64,000 nt of DNA from Verrucomicrobiia bacterium (GTDB lineage: Bacteria; Verrucomicrobiota; Verrucomicrobiia; Opitutales; Cerasicoccaceae). Positions 35,509-45,253 of the stretch are shown here, piece after piece; position 1 is the first letter of the stretch; every line of letters begins with the position of its first letter. Below the pieces are notes generated by a model, which worked only from the letters and a program-made list of their open reading frames with translations, ran no database searches and had not been told where the DNA came from. The DNA lies in contig JAUIHT010000002.1 of NCBI GenBank assembly GCA_030432235.1, positions 249,136 to 313,135 of the forward strand. Direction: 5' to 3'. The position numbers and the translations under genes are program-made.

Positions 35509-38500
35509 ATGAGTATCGACCTGCAAAAAGCTATTGGAATCACCCCCGGCAAGCGGGAAACGCCCTCGCGCGACCCCTTTCTGCTGGAATACGCCAACCT
35601 CAAGCTCGCTTCGCTGGGCCAGCCCATCTTCGGCACCCGCAAGGACTACCCGGTCATGCGGCTGGCACACCCGCTCCTGCGCGACTATCAGGAGAAAAAC
35701 CGCCTGCTCGCCGGCTACCTCTGCCCGGTCGACGCCCGCATCCAGTCCTTCATCGACCGCTACCTGGGCTCACTCGATGAGTCCGAGCCGCGCCCCCGCC
35801 TGCCCTCCTCCACCTTTACCGCGGACCGCCACGGGCTGGCCCGCATGCTTTCCCTGCCGCCGGACAAGGACCATTTCGCCTCGGACATCATCGACAGCTA
35901 CCGCCTCCATCAGGGCGTGTTGCACAATCCCAAGAGCGACCGCCGCACCACCCAGGGCGTCTTCCACGTGGCCGAAGGCGGCCTGCCCATCCCGGCGGAC
36001 AAACTGGCTGTGCCCAAGGTGACCTTCGCCCGCATGCTGGAGCGCGCCTTGCAGCCCCCCAGCGAGCTCATGCAGTTACCCTTTACCGCCAGCCAGGAGG
36101 AGAAGGCCGAGCTCTGGGTCTCGCTGCTACTACGCCCGGTGGTCTGCCCGGCCGTGCCCGGCGCCATCTCGGAAAAGCGCTACGAAGTGCGCTTCTTCGC
36201 TCCCGGCAACCTGGTCAGCAATCTCGACTTCGTCGAAAGCATCTTCGGCAACGCCGGAGACCCTTATCTGGGCGAGAACGACGCCGCCCTCGATGTCGAC
36301 GGCTGGACCGGCCACAGCGGCTGCGTCATCCTGGCCCCGCACCTCATCCGCTGCACCAAAAAGGAGCTGGGCCTGCCCAACATCGCCGACGCCACCGAGC
36401 GCCAGAAACGCGACAAGATGTGCTGGGAAAAGGAAGACGAGCTCTACAACGGCGGCGGCGCCTTCAAGCTCACCACCCGCGACGCCAGCGGGGTTGTCGT
36501 TACCATCATCGCGGACAACTATTTCGGCTACTGCAAGAAGGAGGTCAAAACCCAGATCAGCTTTAGCGCCAACCTCTACGGCCTGACCGAGGAGGAGCAC
36601 TCCGGCGGCGCCATCGCCTTCCCCAGCTACGACCTCGGCGAGGACTTCATCCTGCCCCAAAGCCTGCCCGACGCCGATTACACCTTTGACGACTTCCTCA
36701 AGCGCTATGGCGACTCGGTCAACGTCACCGAAGAAGGCTACGCCGTCGACAAAACCCACCCGGACATCCTTTTCGTGCCAGAGGACGCCGCCTTCTCCCT
36801 GCAGGAGCAAAGCGTCAAGTGGGAGCGCGGCGGCAAGCAGTGCGAACTGCGCCTGCGCCCAGGCGTCACTTATGTGCTGCCCAGCGGCTATAAGGTCGAG
36901 ATGGTGCGCCGCCACAGCGGACAGCGCTGGCGCCTCATCGGCATCACCGCCGAAGGCACCTTCTGCCACAAGCCCTGCACCGTCTCCGGCGGTGGCAAGA
37001 GCGAGATTTCAAAGTCCATCGGCGATGCCATGATCTTCGGTCCGGCCATCGTGGCGGACTACCAGAAGGACTTCGATTTCGTCGAGGAAATCATCGATAA
37101 GGAGTACGGCGAACGCTTCAAGGACGAGTCCAAGAACCGCAAGGCGGGCCGACCGTTGCTCAGCCCGGCGCGCTCCCTCGGCTCCGTGGTCAAGCTCCTG
37201 ACGCCCTCGCCGGAGTACAAGCCCGACTACAACACCTGGCTCAAGACCATCCCCTTCTACATCAAGGAGCTCGTCTTCATCGTCAAACGCTTCTACAAGG
37301 AGGACTGGGGCAAGGACTGGCGTTCGCGTTTCAACGTCGACCTGGTCAACGGCACTTCCGGCAACGAACTGAAGTACCGTAACGGCAAACTCGTCTCCCA
37401 GTACCTGCGCGTCGGTTACACCGCCGAGGGCGCGTGGCGCACGTTCGGCCTGCGCAAGGACTTCTCGCCCGCCTTCAAGCTCCAGCTCGAGGACGACATC
37501 ACCGCCTCCGCCGTCTTCCCCGTGGATCAGGTGGATGGGCTGCCCGCCGAGTCGCTGCACCCCTCGGTCAAGCTCGCGCTCAACTGCGAATACCGGCTCT
37601 TCCAGCGCCCCGACGATGCCATCCATCGCGGCTACGACAAACGCACCGAGTCGGACATGTCGCTGCCCGGCAACTTCTTTTCCAACTACGCGCCGCTGAC
37701 CCGCGAGCAGGCCCAGGCTATCGTCGACGACACCATCCGCTTCGACCAATACACCGACCCGATCAAGGAGCTTATCCGGGACTTCCTGGCCAAGCCCAAC
37801 GGCGAGTACCTGAGCCTGCCCTCGCATCCGCGCATCGTCGACGGCAAGCCCACCAAGAACCCCCGCTACCTGCAGGACCGCGATGACCTCGTCGACCCGC
37901 GCAGCTTCTATCTGGGTCAACTCGGTCTGCAGCTTAATCGCAAGCTTCCACTCGGCGCCCCCGCACCGATGCCGGTCAACGCCGTGCTGCCGGGCCGTCG
38001 CAACAACCCGCCCGAAGACGGCATCCGCCCGCTGGCGGTCTTCAACCCGCTGCACTACCTGCCGCTGCCGGAGTTTTTCATGGAGGTCGTCTCCAGCATG
38101 ACCGGCAAGAGCCCGTCCACCACTGGCGCCGGAAGCGAAGGGGCTTTGACCAAGGGTCCCTTCAACGCCCTGCCGCCCGTGGTCGATCTCAACAACGCGC
38201 TCGTGTCCTTCCTCCTGACCGGTTACCCGCCCTTCATCTCGGCCGCCGGTTACGTCGGGCCGAAGTGCCGCGTCGATCACGACATCAGCCTGCTCGTGCC
38301 CGAGCTGTGGTGCCGCATGCGCGGCCGGGAACAGGAACCGGCATGGCTTATCGAGGAAGAGATGCTGGAAAAGTGCGAGGACATCGAGCACAAGGGCAAG
38401 ACCATCCCCGGCAGCATGCTGGGCTACCGCATCACGGAGAAATTCGTCATCCGCATCTTCGGGCGTATGTTCGCCAATCCCGCCGCGGTCTTCACCCCCG

Positions 38501-38970
38501 AGATGCTCCGGCCCGAAACCCAGGACCTGGATATCTTTGCCGACGGCATGGACAACATCATGGCCACCCACCATCGTGTCGCCGGGCTGTACTTTGAGGA
38601 CGGCTCCATCGAGGGCGCCATCCCGCCACTCAAGGCCCTCCTCCATATCATGAAAGACGGCAACTACGAGGGCAAGGGACTTGAGCACCCGGACATCCGC
38701 GCGCTCTTCACCCGCGAGTCGGTCATCGAAAGCGACTGGTATCAGGAACGCCTGGCCTGCCGCCAGAAGCTCCAGGTCGCCCGCTGGGAAAACGCCCTGC
38801 AGTGCCTGAATTCCTTCAACAACGAGCCTTCACGCGCCGCCGAGGCCAAAATGATGGATATCCCAGCCCGCATCGACCTGGCCAAGCACGCCATCGCCGC
38901 CGTTCAGGCCAAGGCATATCTCGGCAAGCTCAGCGGCACCCTCGGCACCGACCCGTATTTGCACGGCTGA
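35509..38970 (+). CDS. very large conserved hypothetical protein (1153 aa)
   Basis: Uninterrupted 3.46 kb frame with strong codon bias. The track ORF from 35290 overlaps efp, so the start was set to MSIDLQKAIG at 35509. No Walker, HTH, TM or signal motifs recognised. Confidence 0.6.
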   Translation: MSIDLQKAIGITPGKRETPSRDPFLLEYANLKLASLGQPIFGTRKDYPVMRLAHPLLRDYQEKNRLLAGYLCPVDARIQSFIDRYLGSLDESEPRPRLPSSTFTADRHGLARMLSLPPDKDHFASDIIDSYRLHQGVLHNPKSDRRTTQGVFHVAEGGLPIPADKLAVPKVTFARMLERALQPPSELMQLPFTASQEEKAELWVSLLLRPVVCPAVPGAISEKRYEVRFFAPGNLVSNLDFVESIFGNAGDPYLGENDAALDVDGWTGHSGCVILAPHLIRCTKKELGLPNIADATERQKRDKMCWEKEDELYNGGGAFKLTTRDASGVVVTIIADNYFGYCKKEVKTQISFSANLYGLTEEEHSGGAIAFPSYDLGEDFILPQSLPDADYTFDDFLKRYGDSVNVTEEGYAVDKTHPDILFVPEDAAFSLQEQSVKWERGGKQCELRLRPGVTYVLPSGYKVEMVRRHSGQRWRLIGITAEGTFCHKPCTVSGGGKSEISKSIGDAMIFGPAIVADYQKDFDFVEEIIDKEYGERFKDESKNRKAGRPLLSPARSLGSVVKLLTPSPEYKPDYNTWLKTIPFYIKELVFIVKRFYKEDWGKDWRSRFNVDLVNGTSGNELKYRNGKLVSQYLRVGYTAEGAWRTFGLRKDFSPAFKLQLEDDITASAVFPVDQVDGLPAESLHPSVKLALNCEYRLFQRPDDAIHRGYDKRTESDMSLPGNFFSNYAPLTREQAQAIVDDTIRFDQYTDPIKELIRDFLAKPNGEYLSLPSHPRIVDGKPTKNPRYLQDRDDLVDPRSFYLGQLGLQLNRKLPLGAPAPMPVNAVLPGRRNNPPEDGIRPLAVFNPLHYLPLPEFFMEVVSSMTGKSPSTTGAGSEGALTKGPFNALPPVVDLNNALVSFLLTGYPPFISAAGYVGPKCRVDHDISLLVPELWCRMRGREQEPAWLIEEEMLEKCEDIEHKGKTIPGSMLGYRITEKFVIRIFGRMFANPAAVFTPEMLRPETQDLDIFADGMDNIMATHHRVAGLYFEDGSIEGAIPPLKALLHIMKDGNYEGKGLEHPDIRALFTRESVIESDWYQERLACRQKLQVARWENALQCLNSFNNEPSRAAEAKMMDIPARIDLAKHAIAAVQAKAYLGKLSGTLGTDPYLHG

Positions 38971-38990
38971 CGCACGACCTGTGGCTACGC

Positions 38991-40427
38991 CTACGCGCAG
39001 CGCACGGTCATGAGGGTGAGGTCGTCGGCGAAGACACTACTGCCGGTGAAGCGCTCGACACTGGAGACGATGCCATCGTTGAGCTCGGTCGCGCTACGCT
39101 CGCGCAGGGTCTTGATGGTCTCGCGTAAACGCAGGTCGGAGAACTCGACGCCGTCGCGATTGGCTGCCTCGGTGATGCCGTCGGTAAAAAAGACCACGAT
39201 GTCGCGCGAGTTGAAGGGCACGGTCTTGACCTCAATGATCATGTCGAAAAGCTCCGGCGGCACCATGCCGATAGCCATGCCCTCGGAGCCGACGGGGTTG
39301 ACCACCACTTCGCCATTTTTGTTGTGATGCAGCAGCAGCGGCAGCTCGTGACCGGCGCGCGCCAGTGTAAGGGTCTTGGCCACCGGGTCGATGATGCCGT
39401 AGACGAAGGTCACGAACATATCCTGCCGCATCTCCGGCCCGACCTCACGATTGAGGGCCTTGAGCACTTCACCGGGGCACTCGAATTCCTTGGCGAAACG
39501 GCGCAGGTTGGTCTGGCAAATGGCCATCAGCAATGAGGCCGGAATGCCTTTGCCCGAGACGTCTGCCACGGCGATGCCCAGCTTGCCGCTCTCCAGTTCA
39601 AAAACATCGTAGAGGTCGCCGCCGATTTTCTGAGCGGGCCTGTACAGGGCGGCGATATCCAGCCCTTCGATTTCCGGAAACTTCTTTGGCAGGATCATGC
39701 CCTGGATGGAGCTGGCCATGGAGATGTCGAAATCGAGCTTGTTCTTCTCGATCTGGATTTTCATCAGGTCGGCATTGTGAATGGCCATACCAGCCTGCTC
39801 GGCGATGGACTCGACCAGTGAAAAATCCGTCTCGGTGAAGGCCATGCCGTCGCTGGGGTTGGCCACGGCCAGGACTCCGATGAGCTCCTTGCGGAAGGTG
39901 ATGGGCGCGACAATGAGCGAGCGCACCATGAGCGAACTGTCCGTATGCTGCACCACGCGCGGGTCCTGCGTGGCGTCTTCGATGAGTACGGGTTTACCGC
40001 TTTTCGCCACCGAGCCAATGATGCCTTCGCCCATTTCGTACACCTCGGACTTAAGCACCTGCTCGATAAACTTCGCCCGCGTGGAGAGCTTGTCGGTCGA
40101 GGTTTTAGGTAGCTCTTTCTGAGGCGGGAAAAGACCCTCGACGGCCACGCCCTGCAGTTTGTCGTCCGACGTCCGGTTGAAAACGCAGGCGCTGAGGGCA
40201 TTGGTACTGAGAATGGCCGCATGCACCATGCTTTTAAAGAGCTGCTCGCGGCTCATGCCCTCACCGATGTCCTCGACGAGGTTGTGCATGAACTCGACCA
40301 CAATCTGCTTTTCCTGCTGCAGCATCTGCTTCTCTTCGCGCAGCCGCACGATCTGCCGGCGCGAAGCCAGAAACAGCAGCCAGAGCGAGCCAGCGCCAAG
40401 GGCCAGTCCTAAGAGGAAAGGAAACAT
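38991..40427 (-). CDS. membrane-anchored GAF-domain PP2C (SpoIIE/RsbU-like) serine phosphatase
   Basis: N-terminal TM and coiled coil, central GAF-like region, C-terminal PP2C/SpoIIE motifs (GDLYDVFEL, VADVSGKGIPASLLM, TDGITEA). Confidence 0.8.
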   Translation of the reverse strand: MFPFLLGLALGAGSLWLLFLASRRQIVRLREEKQMLQQEKQIVVEFMHNLVEDIGEGMSREQLFKSMVHAAILSTNALSACVFNRTSDDKLQGVAVEGLFPPQKELPKTSTDKLSTRAKFIEQVLKSEVYEMGEGIIGSVAKSGKPVLIEDATQDPRVVQHTDSSLMVRSLIVAPITFRKELIGVLAVANPSDGMAFTETDFSLVESIAEQAGMAIHNADLMKIQIEKNKLDFDISMASSIQGMILPKKFPEIEGLDIAALYRPAQKIGGDLYDVFELESGKLGIAVADVSGKGIPASLLMAICQTNLRRFAKEFECPGEVLKALNREVGPEMRQDMFVTFVYGIIDPVAKTLTLARAGHELPLLLHHNKNGEVVVNPVGSEGMAIGMVPPELFDMIIEVKTVPFNSRDIVVFFTDGITEAANRDGVEFSDLRLRETIKTLRERSATELNDGIVSSVERFTGSSVFADDLTLMTVRCA

Positions 40428-40494
40428 AAGAAAGACTTCTTAATTCCTTACGCCTTTCCCGCCGTCGGGCAACAACGCTCTCGATATTTTTTTA

Positions 40495-40869
40495 TCAATC
40501 ATGACAGGTCGGACAGCGCCCGAAGAAAACCACGTCCTCCCCATCGATGGTGAAACCCTCTGGCGGCGTGTAGCCATGCATGACCTCCGGCGTCTCACCG
40601 GGCAGTTGGAAGACCTGGCCGCACTGCCGGCAGATGAAGTGCGGGCAGTGCTCACCCGTCGGCAGCTCATAGCGGGTCGGTTGCCCCGGCAAATAAACGC
40701 GCACCAGCAGCATTTCGTCCATCATCTCGCGCAGATTGCGGAAGACCGTGCGCTCCCCCACGCGCGGGCAGCGAACACGCGCGCCGGCCAGCACCTCCTC
40801 CCAGCTTAAAGGGCGCGCGGCCTCCTGCAAAGTGGCCAGGATGGCTTCGCGCTGCTTCGTCTGCCGCAT
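40495..40869 (-). CDS. Fur-family metal-responsive transcriptional regulator
   Basis: 125 aa. HTH region plus HCPHFICRQCGQ and the C-terminal CPTCH metal sites. The track ORF has a 28-aa N-terminal extension, so the start was set to MRQTKQREAIL. Confidence 0.8.
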   Translation of the reverse strand: MRQTKQREAILATLQEAARPLSWEEVLAGARVRCPRVGERTVFRNLREMMDEMLLVRVYLPGQPTRYELPTGEHCPHFICRQCGQVFQLPGETPEVMHGYTPPEGFTIDGEDVVFFGRCPTCHD

Positions 40870-41021
40870 ACCATGGGTTTTCACAAGGCGCAGATAAACC
40901 CACGATCGCTTCAGGCGCAAAGCGTTTTTATCTATCGCGCTTGCTATTGACATTTAACTGCCAATTAATGCTTGCAGAGCCCGAGCTTTCCTCTTTGCAT
41001 CGCTTCAAACCTGACAACCCA

Positions 41022-42167
41022 ATGCATAAGACAACCACCCTCTTCATCGCTCTCAGCCTGCTCGGCGCCGCCTCCGCGCCAGCCTTAACCCAGGGTTTCG
41101 AGGCCTTCGGCATCGCCGCCGACACCTTCGAGGAAGGCCCCACGCCCAATGCCGTGGTTACGGAGACGACAGATCCCTTCGGGCCGGACAGCGGCCTGCA
41201 AATCACCGCCAACGGCATCTGGCATACCGGCGACGCGATAGGCTTCCGTAATATCTTCAACGAAGTCGAGAACCCCGTCGGCACCCTCTCCTACACCTTC
41301 TGGAACGGCGTCGGGCTCTCCACCCTCGTCGACACGACCACGGAGGGCTTTGCCAACGAAGGGGCGGCCTATACCGGAGGCGGCGCCAATTTCTCCGGCG
41401 AAATAGTCCCCGGCGGCGCCTATGGTATTGTCTTTCCCTTTTTTGAAAACACCAGCGAGATCGCCCTCAGTGCCTATTACTCCCTGCAAGGCATGTACAT
41501 CACCAACACCACCTACGCTGCCCTGGCCATGCTCAACGGCAACGGCGTCTCCCGGCAGTTCGAGCAGGGTGACTGGTTCCAGATGACCATCACCGGCCTG
41601 GATAGCGACGAAAACGTGACAGGCCAGTTGTTCGTCTTCCTGGCCGATTACCGCTCCAGCAATCCCGACGATCATTACATCCTCGATGAGTGGGAATGGA
41701 TCGACATGAGCGGCTTCGGAGAGAGCACCGCCAATTTGCGCTTCTCCTTCTACTCCTCGGATGTCGGCGAGTATGGCATCAACACCCCCACCTATGTGGC
41801 CATCGACAACGTGGTCCTTACGGCTAAAGCCCTGGCCGGCGCAGTGCCGGTTGCCGATGGCTGGAGCTATTCGCCGTGGTTCGGAGATTACTACGACGCC
41901 AACCTGCCCTGGGTCTACCAAAACGACCTCGGCTGGCTCTACCTGGACCCACAGAGCACCCCCGACGACATCACCTTATACAGCAACCTGCTAAGGTGGG
42001 CTTACACCACCGCCGAAGCGTATCCCTGGCTCTACGTCATGGACGAAGGCGCCTGGCTCTATTACATCAAGGGAACAGAAAACCCGTGGCTCTTTTACGA
42101 CGCCGATACCAAGGAAATCGTCGAATATCCACATGACATCGACCTTGAAATCGGTGTAGCGGATTAA
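41022..42167 (+). CDS. secreted hypothetical protein with C-terminal Trp/Tyr-rich module, upstream of the TonB receptor
   Basis: Signal peptide MHKTTTLFIALSLLGAASAPA. C-terminal DLGWLYLD...PWLYVMDEGAWLYY, shared with the 57427..59994 protein. Confidence 0.5.
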   Translation: MHKTTTLFIALSLLGAASAPALTQGFEAFGIAADTFEEGPTPNAVVTETTDPFGPDSGLQITANGIWHTGDAIGFRNIFNEVENPVGTLSYTFWNGVGLSTLVDTTTEGFANEGAAYTGGGANFSGEIVPGGAYGIVFPFFENTSEIALSAYYSLQGMYITNTTYAALAMLNGNGVSRQFEQGDWFQMTITGLDSDENVTGQLFVFLADYRSSNPDDHYILDEWEWIDMSGFGESTANLRFSFYSSDVGEYGINTPTYVAIDNVVLTAKALAGAVPVADGWSYSPWFGDYYDANLPWVYQNDLGWLYLDPQSTPDDITLYSNLLRWAYTTAEAYPWLYVMDEGAWLYYIKGTENPWLFYDADTKEIVEYPHDIDLEIGVAD

Positions 42168-44137
42168 TGTGCCCTGCCAGGGCATTCATGATGGTAGCGG
42201 CGGCGTTCCTCGGGGTGTCGCCGCTTGGTGCGCAAGAGGTCGACGACGTCATCGAAATGGAGCCCTTCGTGGTCACCGCCAGTCGCTTCGATGAGTCCGC
42301 CGAAAACATCCCGGTCAACCTCGACCTCATCACGGCGGACGCCATCGCCGAGTCCGGCGCCAGCGATGTCGTCGAGGTTCTGGAAAAAGAAGCCGGGGTC
42401 TACTTCCGCAACACCACCGGCAACGCCTCCACCGCCGAGGCCGACCTGCGCGGCTTCGGCGAGAACAGCGGCGTACGCGTCCTCGTGCTGGTCGACGGCG
42501 TCAAGCTGAACCGGCCCGACATCGGCGCCCTCAACTGGCTGCAGCTCCCGTTGGAGCAAATCGAGTCCATCGAGGTCCTGCGCGGCACGCAAACCGCCCT
42601 CTACGGCAACAACGCCGCCGGGGGCGTCATCAAAATCACGACTAAACAAGGGCTCGGGGAGCCCGGCGGCAGCCTCTCCACCCAAGTGGGCAACTACGGC
42701 CTGGTCGACGTCCGCGGCGGCTACAGCGGCAGCACTGGCAAACTCTCCGTGGCGGCCAACGGCGACTACAACCAGCTCGACGGCTACCGCGCCAACTCCC
42801 GCGTAGAATCCAAAAGCGGCAGCGCCAGCCTCGGCTACGCTTTTTCCGAAAAACTCAGCCTGCGCGGCTCCTTTGCCTATACCGAGACCGACAGCCTCTT
42901 CCCCGGTGGCCTGACACTCACGCAGGCACAGGACGACCCGCGGCAGTCGTTTAACGACGCGGCCACCTCCTACTCCGACGAAACCATCTGGCGCGGCGAC
43001 CTCCAGGCCACCTACGCCATCGAGAGCGATAACCGCCTCGAGTTCACCGCCGGCTACCTCAACCGCAGCCTCGCCTGGTCACTGGCCGGACCGGGGGCGG
43101 ACAATACCATCCAGACCCTGACCGTCTCCCCGCGCCAAGTGCTCGAATGGACGGACTGGAAGCTGGTCTACGGGCTGGACTACATCCGCGACGACCTGGA
43201 CTTCACCATCTTTCAGAACAACAACCGAGCCACGTCCACCGGCTACGGTCGCCTGACCCGCGACTCCGTCGGCGGCTACGCCCATGTGCAATATCAGCCG
43301 GACGAACGCTGGGTGCTCTCCGCCGGGCTGCGCCTCGAAGGCACCTGGCTCGACGGCTCCAACGTGGACAGGCAACCGCCCATCCAGAACTTCGACGCCC
43401 GCAAGAGCGACTTCGGCGTGGCCGTCGACGCCGGCGCGGTCTACAAAGTGAACGAAGACCTGCGCCTGTGGACGCGCTTTGACCGCCTTTACCGCTACCC
43501 CGCCACCGACGAAATCGCCGCCTATCAGGGCTACCCGCTGACCCAGCCCTTCAACTTCAGTCTCGACCCCGAGACCGGCTACAACGTCGAGGTCGGTCTC
43601 GACTGGGCACGGGACGGCTTTTTCGCCGGGGCCAATCTCTTCGGCATGTGGCTCGACGGCGAAATCGGTTACGACTACCTGCAAAGCCTCAACATCAATA
43701 TCGGCGACAGCCGCCGCCTAGGGGCCGAGCTTGCTCTCGGCTACGGCAACGAGCACTGGAGCCTGCGCGCCGACTACAGCTTCATCGACGCCAACTATAC
43801 CAGCGGCTTTTACGACGGTTACGCCGTCTGGCTCGTCCCCCGGCAACGCCTCGGCCTACGCGGGCAAATCAACTTCACCCGGGAGCTCGCACTCATCGCC
43901 CGCTACAGCTACACCGCCGAGCAGGACCAGGGCAACAACATCACCGGCACACTGCCCAAGCTGCCCAGCTACCAGCTCGTCGACCTGCTCCTGCGCTATA
44001 ACATCCGCCCGTGGTGGAGCGTCTTCGGCGGCATCGACAACCTGACCGACGCGCGCTACTTCACCGTCGCCTACGCCGGGGTTTACTATCCCGCCAACGG
44101 CCGAACCTTCAAAGTCGGCACGCGGGTGAGCTTCTGA
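42167..44137 (+). CDS. TonB-dependent outer-membrane receptor
   Basis: Signal peptide, plug domain (FVVTASRF TonB box region, IEVLRGTQTALYGNNAAGGVIKITTK), 22-strand barrel length, terminal aromatic residue F. Start overlaps the preceding stop (TAATG). Confidence 0.9.
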   Translation: MCPARAFMMVAAAFLGVSPLGAQEVDDVIEMEPFVVTASRFDESAENIPVNLDLITADAIAESGASDVVEVLEKEAGVYFRNTTGNASTAEADLRGFGENSGVRVLVLVDGVKLNRPDIGALNWLQLPLEQIESIEVLRGTQTALYGNNAAGGVIKITTKQGLGEPGGSLSTQVGNYGLVDVRGGYSGSTGKLSVAANGDYNQLDGYRANSRVESKSGSASLGYAFSEKLSLRGSFAYTETDSLFPGGLTLTQAQDDPRQSFNDAATSYSDETIWRGDLQATYAIESDNRLEFTAGYLNRSLAWSLAGPGADNTIQTLTVSPRQVLEWTDWKLVYGLDYIRDDLDFTIFQNNNRATSTGYGRLTRDSVGGYAHVQYQPDERWVLSAGLRLEGTWLDGSNVDRQPPIQNFDARKSDFGVAVDAGAVYKVNEDLRLWTRFDRLYRYPATDEIAAYQGYPLTQPFNFSLDPETGYNVEVGLDWARDGFFAGANLFGMWLDGEIGYDYLQSLNINIGDSRRLGAELALGYGNEHWSLRADYSFIDANYTSGFYDGYAVWLVPRQRLGLRGQINFTRELALIARYSYTAEQDQGNNITGTLPKLPSYQLVDLLLRYNIRPWWSVFGGIDNLTDARYFTVAYAGVYYPANGRTFKVGTRVSF

Positions 44138-44161
44138 AACCGGCCTTTTCCGCACGCACGC

Positions 44162-44908
44162 TTATTCAGAGCGGCGGCGCCATACCACGAAACCAATCAC
44201 GGCAATACCGCACAGGACAGCGTACAGGGAAGGCTCCGGAACCACAGTGATGTCATCCACGTAACTGGTGTAGGCACCGTAATCGCTGCCGGTTTCGCCA
44301 GCGCCTACGCGCACCTCCAGCACACCCAGATCGCCCCAGAGACCACTGCCCGTCGAGAAGCCACTAAGACTAGAGAGCGTATCAACGGTACTGGCTGTAG
44401 AGTAGGACGAACCCAGTCCGGGACGAGCGCCTACCACATGCACATCCGTGCCTCCATCGATGCCACTGATCTGCCAGGTATCAAACTGAACTGCCGGGCC
44501 ATCCGTGATAAAGGCAATAACAAACGAATCGTCCCCGAAGTTAAAGGTCTGGTCGCCATTGGTATCCACTCCGAAATACATGTAAGGCAGGTATGCCGGG
44601 TTCCCCGAAGAAATGTAGGAATAGAATGTGCCTGCGGCCTCTTTGAGGGATAAGGAACCAGGCGCAAAGTCGATGATTACCTTCGCGAAGTCTGTTACCG
44701 TGTTGGCGAGCGAGAGTTGCGCCGAGTGCGTAGGGCTCAATGCCTGATCTTCGCTTAGTACCGCCGTTCCAGCGCCGTCTCCGTCGAGACTGTATCCACC
44801 GGATTCAAAATCGACGTAGCGGTAAGCAGCAGTCAACAGGCTATTACCAAAAATCAAAGAGGCGGCAATGATCGCCAACTTGTAGTAGTTTTTAGTGAGT
44901 GGTTTCAT
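44162..44908 (-). CDS. PEP-CTERM sorting-domain secreted protein
   Basis: Start at MKPLTKN (44908), preceded by AAGGAGATATAAAG. C-terminus VVPEPSLYAVLCGIAVIGFVVWRRRSE. Confidence 0.75.
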   Translation of the reverse strand: MKPLTKNYYKLAIIAASLIFGNSLLTAAYRYVDFESGGYSLDGDGAGTAVLSEDQALSPTHSAQLSLANTVTDFAKVIIDFAPGSLSLKEAAGTFYSYISSGNPAYLPYMYFGVDTNGDQTFNFGDDSFVIAFITDGPAVQFDTWQISGIDGGTDVHVVGARPGLGSSYSTASTVDTLSSLSGFSTGSGLWGDLGVLEVRVGAGETGSDYGAYTSYVDDITVVPEPSLYAVLCGIAVIGFVVWRRRSE

Positions 44909-45253
44909 CTTTATATCTCCTTTATTAGCGTTTTTCAGATATACTTCAACGATTACGAGGATATTCTCGATGTCCACAACCAAACAGTACTTGTAATAGA
45001 TCTCAGTTAAAAAAGCATTAATAGAGTCATTTATCATAATAAAATAGGGCATATGCCCTATCTCCTGATTGCCCTAGTCCCACTGGACAGACATCGGCAC
45101 CTATTTGTAGCCTTACTCCCCCGCCAACGGCCGCACCTTGAAGGTCGGTATGCGGTTAAGCTTCTAAGCGTCAGTCTCAATATTAGAATCCCTAACCCAC
45201 TTGGACTGAACAACTTGCTTGAAAAAGGGGCTGATTCTGCTTTGCTACTAATC

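Noticed and set aside
36800-37050. Possible P-loop (VSGGGKSE) in the 1153-aa protein.
   Set aside because: It does not fit GxxxxGK[ST] spacing when counted. No Walker B partner was seen.
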